Assembly: GCA_964016885.1 (NCBI GenBank)
Contig: OZ024743.1
Coordinates: 260,896,001 to 260,960,000, forward strand
Direction of reading: 5' to 3'
DNA from: Eledone cirrhosa
Taxonomy: Eukaryota
Length of the DNA: 64,000 nucleotides
Position numbers and translations under genes: made by a program. The notes below the pieces were generated by a model. That model had not been told where the DNA came from and ran no database searches. It saw only the letters and a program-made list of their open reading frames with translations. Shown piece after piece: positions 1 through 14,526 of this stretch; the first letter of the stretch is position 1; every line of letters starts with the position of its first letter.

Positions 1-165
1 GTCTTTAAAGCAGCCGAAGCTATAATGATTCCCGAAGACAGCCATGAGCAAGAACTGTCCATGTGTCTATGTGACAATTGCTACAATCAAACACAGAAAT
101 GGGGATAGCGAAACCATAAGCGGAATAGAGAAATTAAAACCAGATAGTTCAAGCAATCGCCCTGC

Positions 166-510
166 TAACCTCGGCGGGATTTGATCTCAAAACGTAAAGG
201 GCCATAACTCTATGCCTCGACTCTATGACGTGAAGTGCGGTGTCCGACTCTTTACCGATACTTCCAATCTGCCGCCCTCCTGAAACTAATAATCATTTCT
301 AGTATAGGCACATGGCCAGCAATCTGGGGGGGGGGGAGTCGATTAAATCGATCCCATTACGTTACTGGTACTTTATTTTATCGACCTCGTAAGGATAAAA
401 GGCAAAGTTAACCTCGGCGGGATTTGAACTCAGACCGTAAAGGGGTGTAACTTTATGCTGTAACGGCTGGCGTCCGACCTTCTACCGATACTGCCAATCC
501 ACCACCCTGA
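166..510 (-). mobile_element. Two adjacent copies of tRNA-derived SINE family S1
   Basis: Reverse complement shows a B-box-like GAGTTCAAATCC, body GCCTTTTATCCTTACGAGGTCGATAAAATAAAGTACCAGT and tail GCTGGCC..TAGAAA, matching about 10 other copies in the window. Confidence 0.85.
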
Positions 511-658
511 AATTAATAATAATACACGAGAAATTACGAAACAGGCTGAACTAACCAAGTTAGTGGTCAAATTACAAAAGAATGAGAAAGGGGCTTGATA
601 GGAAATTTATAGGTCGGGCTTTAGTGAGAACAATGACAGACAGAGAGAGAAATAGATA

Positions 659-1049
659 ACTTTCTATTTATTTGCCACTAGGAGATCAAAGATAGGGACA
701 AATACAAGGGGGGGGGAGTTTACATACATTTCAAAGGACGTGTAAAAACATATAACAAATAAAATTCAACAATCGAAAAAAATGTGCAACCTTCCTCCTC
801 AGGAGCACAAAGAGCGGGTGCTCCCTTCCTCTCCTCTTTCTTCTCCTCTCTCACCTACAGGCTGATATAGAGAGAAGGCCCATTCACCCGGGCCATTCTC
901 GCCACTTTCACCCACCTTTCATAAAACTTGCTGGGGTAGAGCACCTCTCTCTCCAATCTGATCCTTCTTCTAAAATGGTACTTGAAAAAAGGACCAGTTG
1001 TTGGCCGGAGAGAAAAGTGTCTGACCTCAGCCCTTTCAACCTCGTCCAC
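659..1049 (-). mobile_element. 5'-truncated Tx1/L1-type LINE 3' end
   Basis: Peptide FFKYHFRRRIRLEREVLYPSKFYERWVKVARM plus 3' UTR with AATAAA; 22-bp target site duplication CAGACAGAGAGAGAAATAGATA at 637-658 and 1050-1071; second copy at 40985-41478. Confidence 0.7.
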
Positions 1050-1412
1050 CAGACAGAGAGAGAAATAGATAGATAGATTGATATAAAGAAATAGAAATAT
1101 ATAGAGACAGAGAGAGAGGGCGAGAGAAAGAGAGGAAAAAAGAGAAAGAAAGAATCACAGCAGTAGTAAACAACAGTTTCGATTTCAAAATTAGGTTGTT
1201 TATGTTATAACGATAATATCATTAAAAAAAACACGTGGAATATATAAAGGACACAGAAACTCAGAAGAGACGGTAAGATGGATAGTTCTCGCTCGGCAGC
1301 TGTCTTCTGGGAATCATTATAGTTTCGGATACTTTAAAGAGTATTACGAATGAAATAGTTCTAGTCCTGTAGAAGTCATTTCTATAATAAAATAAATATA
1401 TCTAAATTTACC

Positions 1413-1414
<2 letters not shown>

Positions 1415-1502
<88 letters not shown>
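1415..1502. repeat. (TG)n microsatellite
   Basis: Pure dinucleotide run. Confidence 0.98.
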
Positions 1503-1505
<3 letters not shown>

Positions 1506-1676
1506 AACGCATGTGAAAGAGTTAGGCTTGTTTACATCGATGAAAATATGTAACTCAAACTTTTAATATAAATATTCTTAACTTCAACGTTATGTGTTGA
1601 TTGTTCTTTTCTTTCGTTTGTATTCGCAGTTATATATATATATATATACATATATATACATATATATATAAATATA

Positions 1677-1766
<90 letters not shown>

Positions 1767-1816
1767 CATATATATATAAATATATATACGTATATGTATA
1801 TATATATATATTTATT

Positions 1817-4800
1817 GGGTATGACATTAAACTACATCCAGTGGCAAGGCTCCAGTTCGGGAGTTCAGGAGATGTGGGGAATGTGGAGTTACCCCTTAGT
1901 TGTCATGACTCCCAGGTCTGCCCTGGCCCGGGGTGGTAGTACCTGTTAGGGCTCCATTTATGGGTTAAATAACTACCTTATTCGAGTGGCGCCGGTAAGG
2001 TATTGTCAGCCATTGAAAAGAAATATGGAGAGTCGACCTAACAGCACTAGGGTTAGAGCCCCTAATTACACTGTCAAGGAGCAGCCTGGTCGTTATGACT
2101 CTGCTGGCTTAGAGCCACAGAGAGGGCCAGTGGATGATGGATCAGCTGTCTCTGAGACAAATATAAAGAATGCAGTTTTGTCCTGCAGAAGAGCCATCAA
2201 AATGGGCACTTTGAATGTGAGGACTATTCTAACGCTGGAGAAGAGGGAGGAGTTGGGACATCTGTTCGAGGAGAGTGGTATACAGATACTTGCGATCCAA
2301 GAACACAGGATTCTACACGATGAGCCCGTGAGGAGTGTGATGATCGGGAGGAAGAGCCAGCTCATCACTACATCGGCAGTGAAGAACACAACAAATGCTG
2401 CAGTGGGAGGAGTGGGTTTTGTGTTCAGTGCAAAAACCAATCTGTTGGTGAGGGAAATAATGCCTATCTCCCCGCGAGTGTTGAGGGTGACCTTCAATGG
2501 AAACCCAAGACTGACAGTCATCTCAGCCTATAGTCCAACCGAGGGGGACAGTGATGTGAATGCGGAGGAGTTCCATGAGGATGTGTGTAGAGCTGTCAAC
2601 ACCACTCAGGCACACAATATCCTGCTTGTTTTGGGGGACTTCAATGCACATCTGAGTAAGGAGGGCAGTGAAGATCCTTGCTGGTACTTCCATAACAACA
2701 CCAACCGAAATGGAAGACTACTGAGAGACACCCTGCTGGAGGCGAACTTGATGGCGACCAACCTAAGGTTTAGGAAGAATCTGGGGAAGATGTGGACCTA
2801 CATCTCAGATATGCACCTGTCCAAGTCCCAGATTGATTTCATTCTGGTGAGGAAAAAGTGGCGGAATAGTGTTCTGAACACGGAACCATACAGCTATTTC
2901 AGTACACTGGGTAGTGACCACCGGCTTGTTATGAGTGAGGTCCGCGTGAGCTTAAGAAAGAGCAAGGCTCAGCCCCGGAGAACAATCTATGACTGGGGAG
3001 CTTTCAAGGAAGATGATAAGCTACAGGAGAGGTTCACAGTGGAAGTGAGAAACAGGTTTAGTGCTCTGTGTGGAGAGTCAGAGAAGAGAGAGATTGGATG
3101 GACTGAGAAGAGTGTGACGAGGAGGTACGGGCACTTCACCAATGCAGTGGCGAAAGCAAGTGAAACCCTGGTGCCGAGGAAAAAGAACAAAGGGAAGCAC
3201 GTCAGCTCTGCAAACCCAAAAGTGTGTGCAGCCAGAGAACACCTGAAAGCTGCCAGGGACCAATTCTATGCTGATCCTACGGAGGAGATGATGGAGACTG
3301 TGGAGGTGATGAGGGAAGAGCTCTGTACCGCTTACACTGAGGTCAGAGAGGAGGCACTGATAGAGAAGATCAGAAGTGTGGAGAGAGCGGTTGACAGATC
3401 CGGATGTAAGGAGAGCTGGATGATCATCAACGAGATCACAGGGAGGAAGAAAAGGTGTTCGAGTCAGATCCAGGGAACGGGGCCCGAGGATAGGAAGAGG
3501 AAATGGCTAGACCATTTTAGGACCCTACTAGGAGACCCACCCTCCACAGCCCAGAGCACTGGGGAGATCAGGCGGCTGTTTGAGGAACTGGATGTTGAGA
3601 CAGAGCCCTTCACCAGAGAGGAGCTTCAGAGAGCCAAGAAGAAGATCAAGGAGGGCAAGGCTCATGGAGAAGATGGAGTGGCATCAGAGGTGATGAAGAG
3701 GTGTGATTTTGATGATATCATCATGGGGTTCTGTAACGGGGCACTGGAGAAAGGAGTTGCCCCGAATCAGTGGAGGATCAGTAACATCGTCCCAGTGCCA
3801 AAGAAGGGAGATCTCTCGAACACCAACAACTACCGGGGGATCTCACTGACGTCACTTGTGGCAAAGACCCTCAACAGGATGATTCTTAACAGGATCCAGC
3901 CTGAGATGGAGAAGAAGCTCAGGGACAACCAGAACGGCTTCAGAGAGGGTAGATCAACCACCAGTCACATCCTGATGCTGAGGAGGATATTAGAGGGAGC
4001 TAGAGCAAAGTGCCTTCCTGCGGTCATGGTTTTCATTGACTTTAGGAAGGCCTTTGATTCTGTGGACTGTTACTGCCTGATGAAGATCTTACAGGCTTAT
4101 GGAATCCCCAAGAGGATAGTGGACCTGATATCACTGCTCTACACCAACACCAAAGCCCAAGTCATTACACCTGATGAGATGACAGAGTTCTTTGAGATAC
4201 TGGCTGGAGTGCTCCAGGGAGATACATTGGCTCCCTACCTTTTTATCATCGTAGTGGACTATTGTATGCGCCTTGCACTGGAGAAACACCAGGACTCTGG
4301 CTTTACTGTAGCACCGGCTCAGAGCAGGAGAGTTGGGGCGAAAAAGGTATCGGATGCTGAATTTGCCGACGACATAGTTTTGGTGACAAATACAGTGAAG
4401 GAGGCAGAGGATTTGATGCGGGAGGTTGAGACTGTGTCGATGAGTGTGGGGCTGAGAATGAATGAGACTAAAACAAAATATCTGGTAGAGAATGTTGAGA
4501 AGCCAGAGGGGATCACTAATGTAGGCGGGAAGCCGCTGGAATTGGTTGAGGACTTCCTGTATTTGGGAGCAAAGATTGGGAATACGGAGGATGATGTGGT
4601 TGAGAGGAAGAGCAAGGCCTGGGCGGCGTGCCACAGCTTGAGATCGGTGTGGAAGTCGGACCTTCGTAGAGACCTGAAAATCCGCCTCTTCATTGCTGTA
4701 GTGGAGTCTGTGCTGCTGTATGGGTCTGAGACTTGGACACTGACCAAGAAACTCACTCAGATGGTGGATGGGTGCTACACGAGAATGTTGAGGATGGCTC

Positions 4801-5132
4801 TGAACATTAATCAGTATACACTGAGGATGAAAAACTCAGAGCTGTATGGGAGCATCCCAAGAGTCAGCTCAAAAGTGACACAGAGGAGACTGAGGTTGGC
4901 TGGACATGCTCACCGACATCCGGAGTTGACATTGCACTCAGTGCTCCTTTGGGAGCCCCTACATGGACACACTAGAAGAGGAAGACCAAGGTTCACATAT
5001 GTTGATGCCCTAAGGACAGACATTGGTCTGTTGGAGATGCAGGATATGGCAGCGATAATGAGGGACAGAGACCGCTGGAGAGAACTCGTCCATGGATCTC
5101 GGGAATTTTACCCGCCTTAGATAGATAGATAG
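1817..5132 (+). mobile_element. Near full-length RTE-clade LINE inserted in a (TA)n tract
   Basis: 5' UTR from ~1817, single APE+RT ORF, (TAGA)n tail directly at the stop; possible low-complexity TSD ATATATATTTAT at 1804-1815 and 5133-5144. Confidence 0.93.
1986..5120 (+). CDS. RTE LINE ORF: AP endonuclease + reverse transcriptase (first ATG at 2025)
   Basis: APE motifs TLNVRT, IQEHR, SAYSPT, GDFNAH, IDFILV, SDHRLV; RT motifs [42 protein letters not shown]; RTE-type C-terminus RLRLAGH..GRPR; no stops or frameshifts. Confidence 0.96.
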   Translation: MAPVRYCQPLKRNMESRPNSTRVRAPNYTVKEQPGRYDSAGLEPQRGPVDDGSAVSETNIKNAVLSCRRAIKMGTLNVRTILTLEKREELGHLFEESGIQILAIQEHRILHDEPVRSVMIGRKSQLITTSAVKNTTNAAVGGVGFVFSAKTNLLVREIMPISPRVLRVTFNGNPRLTVISAYSPTEGDSDVNAEEFHEDVCRAVNTTQAHNILLVLGDFNAHLSKEGSEDPCWYFHNNTNRNGRLLRDTLLEANLMATNLRFRKNLGKMWTYISDMHLSKSQIDFILVRKKWRNSVLNTEPYSYFSTLGSDHRLVMSEVRVSLRKSKAQPRRTIYDWGAFKEDDKLQERFTVEVRNRFSALCGESEKREIGWTEKSVTRRYGHFTNAVAKASETLVPRKKNKGKHVSSANPKVCAAREHLKAARDQFYADPTEEMMETVEVMREELCTAYTEVREEALIEKIRSVERAVDRSGCKESWMIINEITGRKKRCSSQIQGTGPEDRKRKWLDHFRTLLGDPPSTAQSTGEIRRLFEELDVETEPFTREELQRAKKKIKEGKAHGEDGVASEVMKRCDFDDIIMGFCNGALEKGVAPNQWRISNIVPVPKKGDLSNTNNYRGISLTSLVAKTLNRMILNRIQPEMEKKLRDNQNGFREGRSTTSHILMLRRILEGARAKCLPAVMVFIDFRKAFDSVDCYCLMKILQAYGIPKRIVDLISLLYTNTKAQVITPDEMTEFFEILAGVLQGDTLAPYLFIIVVDYCMRLALEKHQDSGFTVAPAQSRRVGAKKVSDAEFADDIVLVTNTVKEAEDLMREVETVSMSVGLRMNETKTKYLVENVEKPEGITNVGGKPLELVEDFLYLGAKIGNTEDDVVERKSKAWAACHSLRSVWKSDLRRDLKIRLFIAVVESVLLYGSETWTLTKKLTQMVDGCYTRMLRMALNINQYTLRMKNSELYGSIPRVSSKVTQRRLRLAGHAHRHPELTLHSVLLWEPLHGHTRRGRPRFTYVDALRTDIGLLEMQDMAAIMRDRDRWRELVHGSREFYPP

Positions 5133-5169
5133 ATATATATTTATATATATATATATATATATGTATTTA

Positions 5170-5267
<98 letters not shown>

Positions 5268-5800
5268 GACTGGGTAACATTAAAAATTTTACGTCATTAC
5301 ATTTTTAATATGTTACCTCCGTAACTATGTGTGTTTACACTCTTTACAAATTATCCCCTGTCAATGTTTGATATGTTTATTTTATATATACATATGTCAA
5401 TCGACTTTTAATTTAATTTTAATAAATGCTCGGATTTATTCCTTAGAATCTTTGAGCTTATTCTACAGGTGATATGGCGCATGTTTCTGATATTCTCAGA
5501 CATGACATTTTTAATTTAATTTTCTAATGTAAGAGTGTATATACAAACCTATGTTTATGATTGATGTACAGTCTTACATCAGAATATACATGTGTATGAG
5601 AAGTCATCGATTCCAGAGCCATGTTCGATCGTAATTTGAGCTGATTGATGGAGAAATGCGTGTCACCTGTGACTAAAATATGTATGAGATGCTAAATTGA
5701 TATTTTGTTCCCGCATACTTATTATATGTATAAGACTGTGTATGTATATATATATATATATATATAGTTAAAAGAATAGAGGTGTAACACACAAGTTATT

Positions 5801-5878
5801 ATATATTGGTAAACGGAATAGAAAATGCTGACAAATTTTTCACTGTGAACAATTTGTCAGCATTTTCTATTCCGTTTA

Positions 5879-5887
<9 letters not shown>
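5801..5887. repeat. Near-perfect palindrome (fold-back stub) between TA runs
   Basis: TTGGTAAACGGAATAGAAAATGCTGACAAATT ... AATTTGTCAGCATTTTCTATTCCGTTTACCAA. Confidence 0.9.
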
Positions 5888-5912
<25 letters not shown>

Positions 5913-6336
5913 CAAGGTTTAGTAAATAAGAAAAAGTTTCAAAATAAATTTCAAAAAATTCACTGTACTCACTAAATTTTGATTATATATGTTCTGGCTC
6001 GTTAATTTATTAATCTGTCATTGAACCACATTGGCATATGGTTGGACAATACATGTGTCACTGGACGCTTTTTGCGTGTAGGGATATATTCTTTATTATA
6101 TATATATATATATATATTATTGACAGGGGGCTGGAAAGTTGAAATTCTTTTAAAGTTTCTTTTATTTTTGCAGACACTATATATATTTCAATGGCCAGTA
6201 GAATTCTAGCGACATCATCTGGTTCATTGCATAACAGTCATAAAGTTGCGTTACGGTGAGTGTTTTTCCTACCATCGCATTATGGTTAAATATACGGAAT
6301 GACCAGTTCTATCCAGTGTTGAACCACCAACTTCAA

Positions 6337-6432
<96 letters not shown>

Positions 6433-6461
6433 ATATTATATATATATATATTATATATATA

Positions 6462-6492
<31 letters not shown>

Positions 6493-6494
<2 letters not shown>

Positions 6495-6635
6495 ACAAAG
6501 GGGGTGTGGTAAGATACCATTTGGACCATGACGCATCAGAGTACTCGATACTTAGGGTAGTAGAGTGGATAATGTGAAAATATTCAGCTGTCGAAATGGC
6601 CGTAGCTCAGCCATCGGGGTCCTGAATCTTTCCAT
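6493..6635. mobile_element. PLE-type stub, family X (minus-strand 3' end joined to a plus-strand HHR 3' half)
   Basis: Shares GGTAAG..GGACCAT.ACGCA.CAGAGTACTC.ATACTTAGGGTAGTAGAGT and AGCTGTCGAAA..GTC/ATC GGGGTC with 31742, 36675, 57397, 57650 and 51503. Confidence 0.75.
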
Positions 6636-6644
6636 ATATATATA

Positions 6645-6775
6645 TAGAAAAACCACAAACCCTCCATCTCAATTATACTTTTGAAAAGGATAAGAACTGT
6701 CAAACCGTTAAAGGAAACAAATGAATATTCTTAAAAAGACTCCAGTTGAATTTTTGATATCTTTTCCTTATACTT
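6645..6775 (+). mobile_element. PLE pLTR 3' stub, family C, with degenerate UUGAAAA-core HHR
   Basis: Matches the reverse complement of 40190-40330 (AAAAACCACA.ACCCTCCATCTCAA..ACTTTTGAAA..AAGACTCCAGTTG). Confidence 0.65.
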
Positions 6776-6829
6776 TCCCTCGTGTAGGACATCTCGTTTT
6801 TTTTTTCTTTTAAAAAAAAAACCTCATGC

Positions 6830-7525
6830 CATCCAACCCACACCAATCACTCCATACACTATCCCCAATTCCTACGTCTTCGTTGATTCTGTAGCCAGGT
6901 CCACGATTTCGAAACCCATTCCCTTCGCATGGCTTCCTGGTTCATCCTTCGTGGATATCCCCCCCACCCTGATCCAAGCTGCTCTTACCCGCGCCCGTGA
7001 AACGGACCGCACCACATCCCTCTCACCTCACCCCCGTCCTCCCAACACCCGTGTTCCTTTCCCTCCCACCTACCACCCCATCACCCTATCACTCCGGCGA
7101 CATATCCTCCGTTCCTTCCGTATCCTCTCTTCTGACCCCGTCACTTCTCGCTTTTTTCCAAACCCACCCATTACTGCGCACGTGTTCAAGTATAGCTCTT
7201 TTTACAAAACATTTTTTTTTTCATTTCAGGTAGACGCGCTCCATCATCCACTTTTCTAAAAAACAAATCATACACAAAACGCCAGCACCAACAGTTTTGC
7301 AAGAGATGTCAACATGAATGGACCTGTTATTTTTATCTAAAGACATTTTTACCAATTCCATCCCGCCCGTCCCCTCGATCTATTTTATTTCTCATGCTTT
7401 CTTCTGATGAAGGACTAGCGTCCGAAACGTTAAGACCCTCTTCCTGCTATATCAAGCGTTAACCTAATATATACCTTCCATATGCTGTACCGATTGTGTT
7501 GTTATTTCTGTTTACCTTTTACATA
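6830..7525 (+). mobile_element. Penelope-like element family A: post-RT coding remnant + pLTR with hammerhead
   Basis: Peptide DIPPTLIQAALTRARETDR..RVPFPPTYHP..ILRSFRIL, overlapping the 35860-35945 copy; pLTR repeated at 11225-11570 and 34830-35185. Confidence 0.85.
7400..7435 (+). ncRNA. Minimal type I hammerhead ribozyme (PLE-A pLTR)
   Basis: TCTT-CTGATGA-A-GGAC tagc GTCC-GAAA-CG-TT/AAGA; stem I TCTT/AAGA, palindromic ACGT stem III (dimer type), predicted cut after GUU at 7431. Confidence 0.85.
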
Positions 7526-7699
7526 CATATATATACCTGATCAACCGAAACTCAGCTGTTTCGGATCATACCCAAATCAACATACTGATTGCGGATTTAG
7601 TACGGGTGATGAGGAACGTGTCCCGCATGTGCAACCCCAAAGAACTAGAGAGACACATACAATACTTCATCCACCGTATGCAGTTCTCTGGTTACAATA

Positions 7700-8850
7700 A
7701 GAGAGATAAAATCAGAGTATATAGAGGAGCCAGAACCAAATGAGAAAAAATGGTAAATAATTATACAAATGGGACCTGTGCCTTGTATAGGAGCAAATTT
7801 TGGAATAGAATACAAAGAACTAGGAATTAGGTTAATAGAATAAACTCATGGTATGATAGCAATAAATACCAGAGTGTAATGTTCATCAATACAACCCTAG
7901 AGGTGAATTAGCTTACAAATATAGAAGGGCCCTAGAAAAACTTAAACTAAATATTAAGATAGTAGAAAGACCACGTACCTCCATAAAAACACTTATTAGT
8001 AATACATACCCTTTTCAAAGACCTCCCTGTATAGATAAGAAATGCATAATCTGTAAAATAAACCCCCATATTAACTGTAAAACTAGAAACATAGTATATA
8101 GCATAAGGTGTACTGAATGACAATGTAAAGATAAGAATATAATGTACATAGGTGAAACAGCTAGTAGTATAGGAGAACGATTAAATGAACACTGGCGAGA
8201 GCTTCAAGATAGAAAAGACTCATCAGTACTCCACCAATGTGCTAAAATAGATCATAAGGGCAAATTAGAGAACATAGAAATAAAAATAAAATCTACACGC
8301 AGAAAAGACGAAATGTTTAGACAAATCACAGAGGCAATAAACATAAATGAACTCCAACCAAAATTAAATAGAAAACATGAATGGAATAGCAGCATCACAA
8401 CTTACAATTAAGGGCAAAATGAAAACACACACACATAGAACAAACAACCAACCAGTAACATGTAAATAAACAAATAAATAAACAAATAAAAACACACACA
8501 GACACCCGGATGTAACACATGCGCAAACTAAGCACACAACACACACAAAAACAATATGGCGTAGGACAGAACAAAGGAGAGACACAAAACAAAGAAAAGA
8601 ATACCCGGTCACTGATGAAGTCACAGAATGTGTGATGAAAGAACTTTGGCAATATATGAACAACCGTCCGGTTGTGGAACCAACCAACAAACCGGAAATT
8701 TATAAAAAAAATTTAATTTATAATAAATTGGAGTGAAAGCAACTGGAACGTGTGTTTCTTATTGGCAACATGACCCTCCCAAAGTATAACAATATCGGTT
8801 ACAACACACGTTTCAGATAAAGAATCTTGCTAAACAAATTCATAAACGAT
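7700..8850 (+). mobile_element. Penelope-like element family B: degraded GIY-YIG endonuclease + pLTR
   Basis: NIVYSIRC..MYIGETASSIGERLNEH..RQITEAININELQPKLN with upstream CxxC linker and stop codons; pLTR shared with 57014-57365. Confidence 0.85.
8608..8650 (+). ncRNA. Hammerhead ribozyme motif (PLE-B)
   Basis: GTCA-CTGATGA-A-GTCACA gaatg TGTGAT-GAAA-GAACTT-TGGC. Confidence 0.7.
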
Positions 8851-9465
8851 ATATATATATATATATATATTGTTATACTTGGGGAGGGTCATATTTGCGT
8901 AATATTGCCAGAATTAATAACAGAACACACTCACTGTTTGGTTGGTTTTCGCTTCTCGCTGTCTTTTATATCTGCGATCTAACTTACTCGGTCCTCAATG
9001 TTGCCATTGACTGACCGACGGTCAAAAATAATACAGATACAATATAGACACAAACACATATATATAGTTTACATAATTTACATAAATCTTTCGTTGCACA
9101 TCTGCAACATCGTCAGTGGTGTTATATTCTTTGTTCCTCCTGTTGTGTTGTATGTCTACGCCATTTTTTATTCAGTCTGTCTATATATTTATTTATTTAT
9201 TTGCTTGTTTGTTCACCTTATTTTATTTTGTCTTCTTTGCGCATGCATTTGCGTGTGTGCATAGTGTTATGTGTGCTGTGTCACTAGTGTGTATAGTGTT
9301 GTGTCTGCTGGGTGACTAGTGTGTGTTTATGTGCTTGTTGTTATTGTGCTTGTGTATGTATTTATTTATCTTATTTTATTTTATTTTATTTACTTATTTA
9401 TACTTCTCTTAGGTCAGTGTTGTTTGTTTGGGTGTTGTTGTTGTTACGCTATATATATATATATA

Positions 9466-10975
<1,510 letters not shown>

Positions 10976-11006
10976 TTTGGATTTTAGTCTTCAAATTTAT
11001 TATTAT

Positions 11007-11115
<109 letters not shown>

Positions 11116-11116
11116 C

Positions 11117-11214
<98 letters not shown>

Positions 11215-11224
11215 GTATGTATGC

Positions 11225-11567
11225 ATGTAAAAGGTAAACAGAAATAAGAACACAATCGGTACAGTATATGGAAGGTATATATTAGGTTAACGCTTGATAT
11301 AGCAGGAAGAGGGTCCTAACGTTTCGGACGCTAGTCCTTCCTCAGAAAAAAGAATGGGAAATAAAATAGATTGAGGGGACGGGCGGGGTGGAATTGGAAA
11401 AAATGTCTTTAGATAAAAATAACAGGTCCATTCATGTTGACATCTCTTGCAAAACTGTTGATGCTGGCGTTTTGTGTATGTTTTGCTTTTTAGAAAAGTG
11501 GATGATGGCGCGCGTCTACCTGAAATGGGAAAAAACGTTTTGTAAACAGAAGTATACTTGAGCACGT

Positions 11568-11570
<3 letters not shown>
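11225..11570 (-). mobile_element. PLE-A solo pLTR with hammerhead (11314-11349)
   Basis: Reverse complement of ~7178-7525; core CTGAGGA-AGGACTAGCGTCC-GAAACG. Confidence 0.88.
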
Positions 11571-11658
<88 letters not shown>

Positions 11659-11661
<3 letters not shown>

Positions 11662-12133
11662 TGTATGTATAGTATATTTGGCAATATACCGTACGTTTAA
11701 TTAAAAACATTTAGAAGACCATACACTATCAGTTTTAAAGTAGTGACTATGTCACTTACTTCGTTTCGGCGAAAGAAGCGAGAGAAGCTGACAGTCTGTT
11801 TCACGCTGGTTGGGGTTCATCAGAGCCACGCACTCCCTGCTTCCGCCGAAAATTATAGAAGCTGGATTCTTATAGAATTCCAGTAATAATCTGCTGCTGA
11901 TTATACAGAGCGATTGCCGGTCCAGCAAAAATTAGGTATTAGGATTGGTGCTCTGAAATAGCGATGTATACATGAATGTATGTATAGTATATTTGGCAAT
12001 ATACCGTATGTTTAATTAAAAACATTTAGAAGACCATACGCTATCGGTTTTTAATTAAACATACGGTATATTGCCAAATATACCATACATACAGTCATGT
12101 ATACATCGCTATTTCAGAGCACCAATCCTAATA
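11659..12133 (-). mobile_element. Retrozyme-like element R315: 315-nt HHR monomer + partial second monomer + inverted end
   Basis: GAATGTATGTATAGTATATTTGGC recurs at 11659 and 11974; 12047-12133 is the inverse of 11937-12023; non-coding; HHR at 11787-11826. Confidence 0.8.
11787..11826 (-). ncRNA. Type I hammerhead ribozyme in R315
   Basis: Minus strand GCT-CTGATGA-AC cccaaccagc GT-GAAA-CAG a CTG-TC-AGC; GUC cleavage triplet; stem II weak. Confidence 0.75.
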
Positions 12134-12319
12134 TATATATATATGTATATGTATAAATGTATATATATATATGTATATGTATAAATGTATATATATAGGG
12201 AGGTATGTGTGTATACTCGACAAAACGGCACACTTTCTAATTGTACTTTCAGTTTTTATCTTCTCATCAATAGTCGTAGTTATCACTATGATAGCAAAGA
12301 AAAATGCAATTGTAATGGG

Positions 12320-12645
12320 CCCCACGGGCTTCGATTGTGAGTATTCCATTTGCTCGATCAATTTATTACCCAGTTGTTTGGAATTAACACATAAGCGACT
12401 GAGCATTCCACAAACACGTGTATCCTTAACGTAATTTTCGTGAAAATTCAGCATAACAAGGGCGCGACAAATGCGAGTCCGTTTGAATTATAAGTACAGT
12501 CCATCTGGCGGGATTCCAAATAGTTTCCATTTCCCCAATTTGACACAAAAGTGGTTGATTCGAAGCTAGAGTAAAGACACTACACTGTGGATCCGAACCC
12601 GAGACGGTATGTTTGCGAAGCGAATTTCTAAACTATTTGGCTATT
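12320..12645 (-). mobile_element. Degraded tRNA-headed SINE (family S3)
   Basis: B-box-like GGTTCGGATCC on the minus strand; body resembles 43680-43830 and head resembles 42330. Confidence 0.55.
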
Positions 12646-13282
12646 CTAAGTCCACTGAAATACAGTTAGTCATGCAGTGAATACATCATAATTGTTGCGG
12701 AGTGTGTTGAATATCATATTGGAGTTAGTTTGACAGCTATCTAGAAATCTGAGATTCACTAACACAGCATGGAATGTGTAAGGCTTTAATAAACTGAAGA
12801 ATTATTATACATATTGAAATATATATTTTCGTGTTGTATAATAAAACTCTAGATATGCCCAAACATTCTCGGCAGCATCAGTCTGGCATTGACTCTTCTT
12901 ATGTTCTTGCCGCGGTTCGATATTTATTAAGTTCTTTTTTTTTTTTAAACTATGTTTTAAGCATATAAATATATTTATATGAATATATACATACACATAT
13001 ATATAAGTATATATAATATATAGACACACACAAATATATATAATATATCTATATATCTATATATATACACACACACACACACATATACATATATATCAAC
13101 AGAGAATGCACACAGTTACACCTGCTGATACTGTATTTATAAAGAGCCACGCCAACACGCATCTACTTTGATGTATGAACATGAATAAATAAAATATATA
13201 TATATGTGTGGGGGCGGGGGGGTGTATTCATTAGATACTACATACACACATTCTCACTTACATAAATATATATGTGTATATT

Positions 13283-13313
<31 letters not shown>

Positions 13314-13384
13314 ATATATATATATGTGTGTGTGTGCGTGTGTGTGTGTCTATATATCTATCTATATCTATATCTATCTATCTA

Positions 13385-13429
<45 letters not shown>

Positions 13430-13433
<4 letters not shown>

Positions 13434-13513
13434 GCAATATATCTCTATGGCCGGTGTATATGTATGTGTATATATGTATTTATATACACATATGTCTATA
13501 TATCTATCTATAC

Positions 13514-13600
<87 letters not shown>

Positions 13601-13668
13601 CATATATATGTGTGATTATATAGATATATATAAATTCATTTATACATATATATATAGAGAGAGAGGGG

Positions 13669-13766
<98 letters not shown>

Positions 13767-13768
13767 TA

Positions 13769-13834
<66 letters not shown>

Positions 13835-13895
13835 TGTGTATATAAATACATATATACACATACATATACACCGGCCATAGAGATATATTGCCCAT
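13430..13895. repeat. Inverted duplication enclosing (CT)n/(TA)n/(GA)n
   Basis: ATGGGCAATATATCTCTATGGCCGGTGTATATG.. at 13430 and its reverse complement ending at 13895. Confidence 0.9.
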
Positions 13896-14286
13896 GTGAC
13901 AAAAATAATGATATAATGATATAATGTAATGTCCAATATACTTAACTGCTGTGTTATTGTTATGTGTTGTTGTATGTTTTTGTTATTGTTTTGTGTTGTT
14001 GTAATTCAATAGAAAAATATGATTGATATAGGAAGTCTCTCACCTTTGTAGTCCAATACAATTGTCTGCTAAGGAATATAAAATAACGCATTAACAAATG
14101 TGACGACGACCACATAATAGCTAGTACTAAGATATCATAACAAACAATAAAAATATTGTTTTCACAAAATGTAATAATAAAGTAAATTACCTGAAATAAA
14201 AATGAATATAAAAATAAATATAGAATAAGAATTCCACTAAAAAAAACAATTGTATACTTGTTGCATTCACTGATATATACTATATG

Positions 14287-14361
<75 letters not shown>

Positions 14362-14366
14362 ATCTA

Positions 14367-14398
<32 letters not shown>

Positions 14399-14479
14399 CT
14401 TCTGTCTCTTCCTCTTGCTCTTTAAATATATAAATATGTGTGTATGTGTCTGTGTGTGTGTGTGTGTGTGTGCATGTGA

Positions 14480-14524
<45 letters not shown>

Positions 14525-14526
14525 TT

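Noticed and set aside
2093-4756. Minus-strand ORFs overlapping the RTE
   Set aside because: Antisense shadows of the RTE coding sequence with no recognisable motifs
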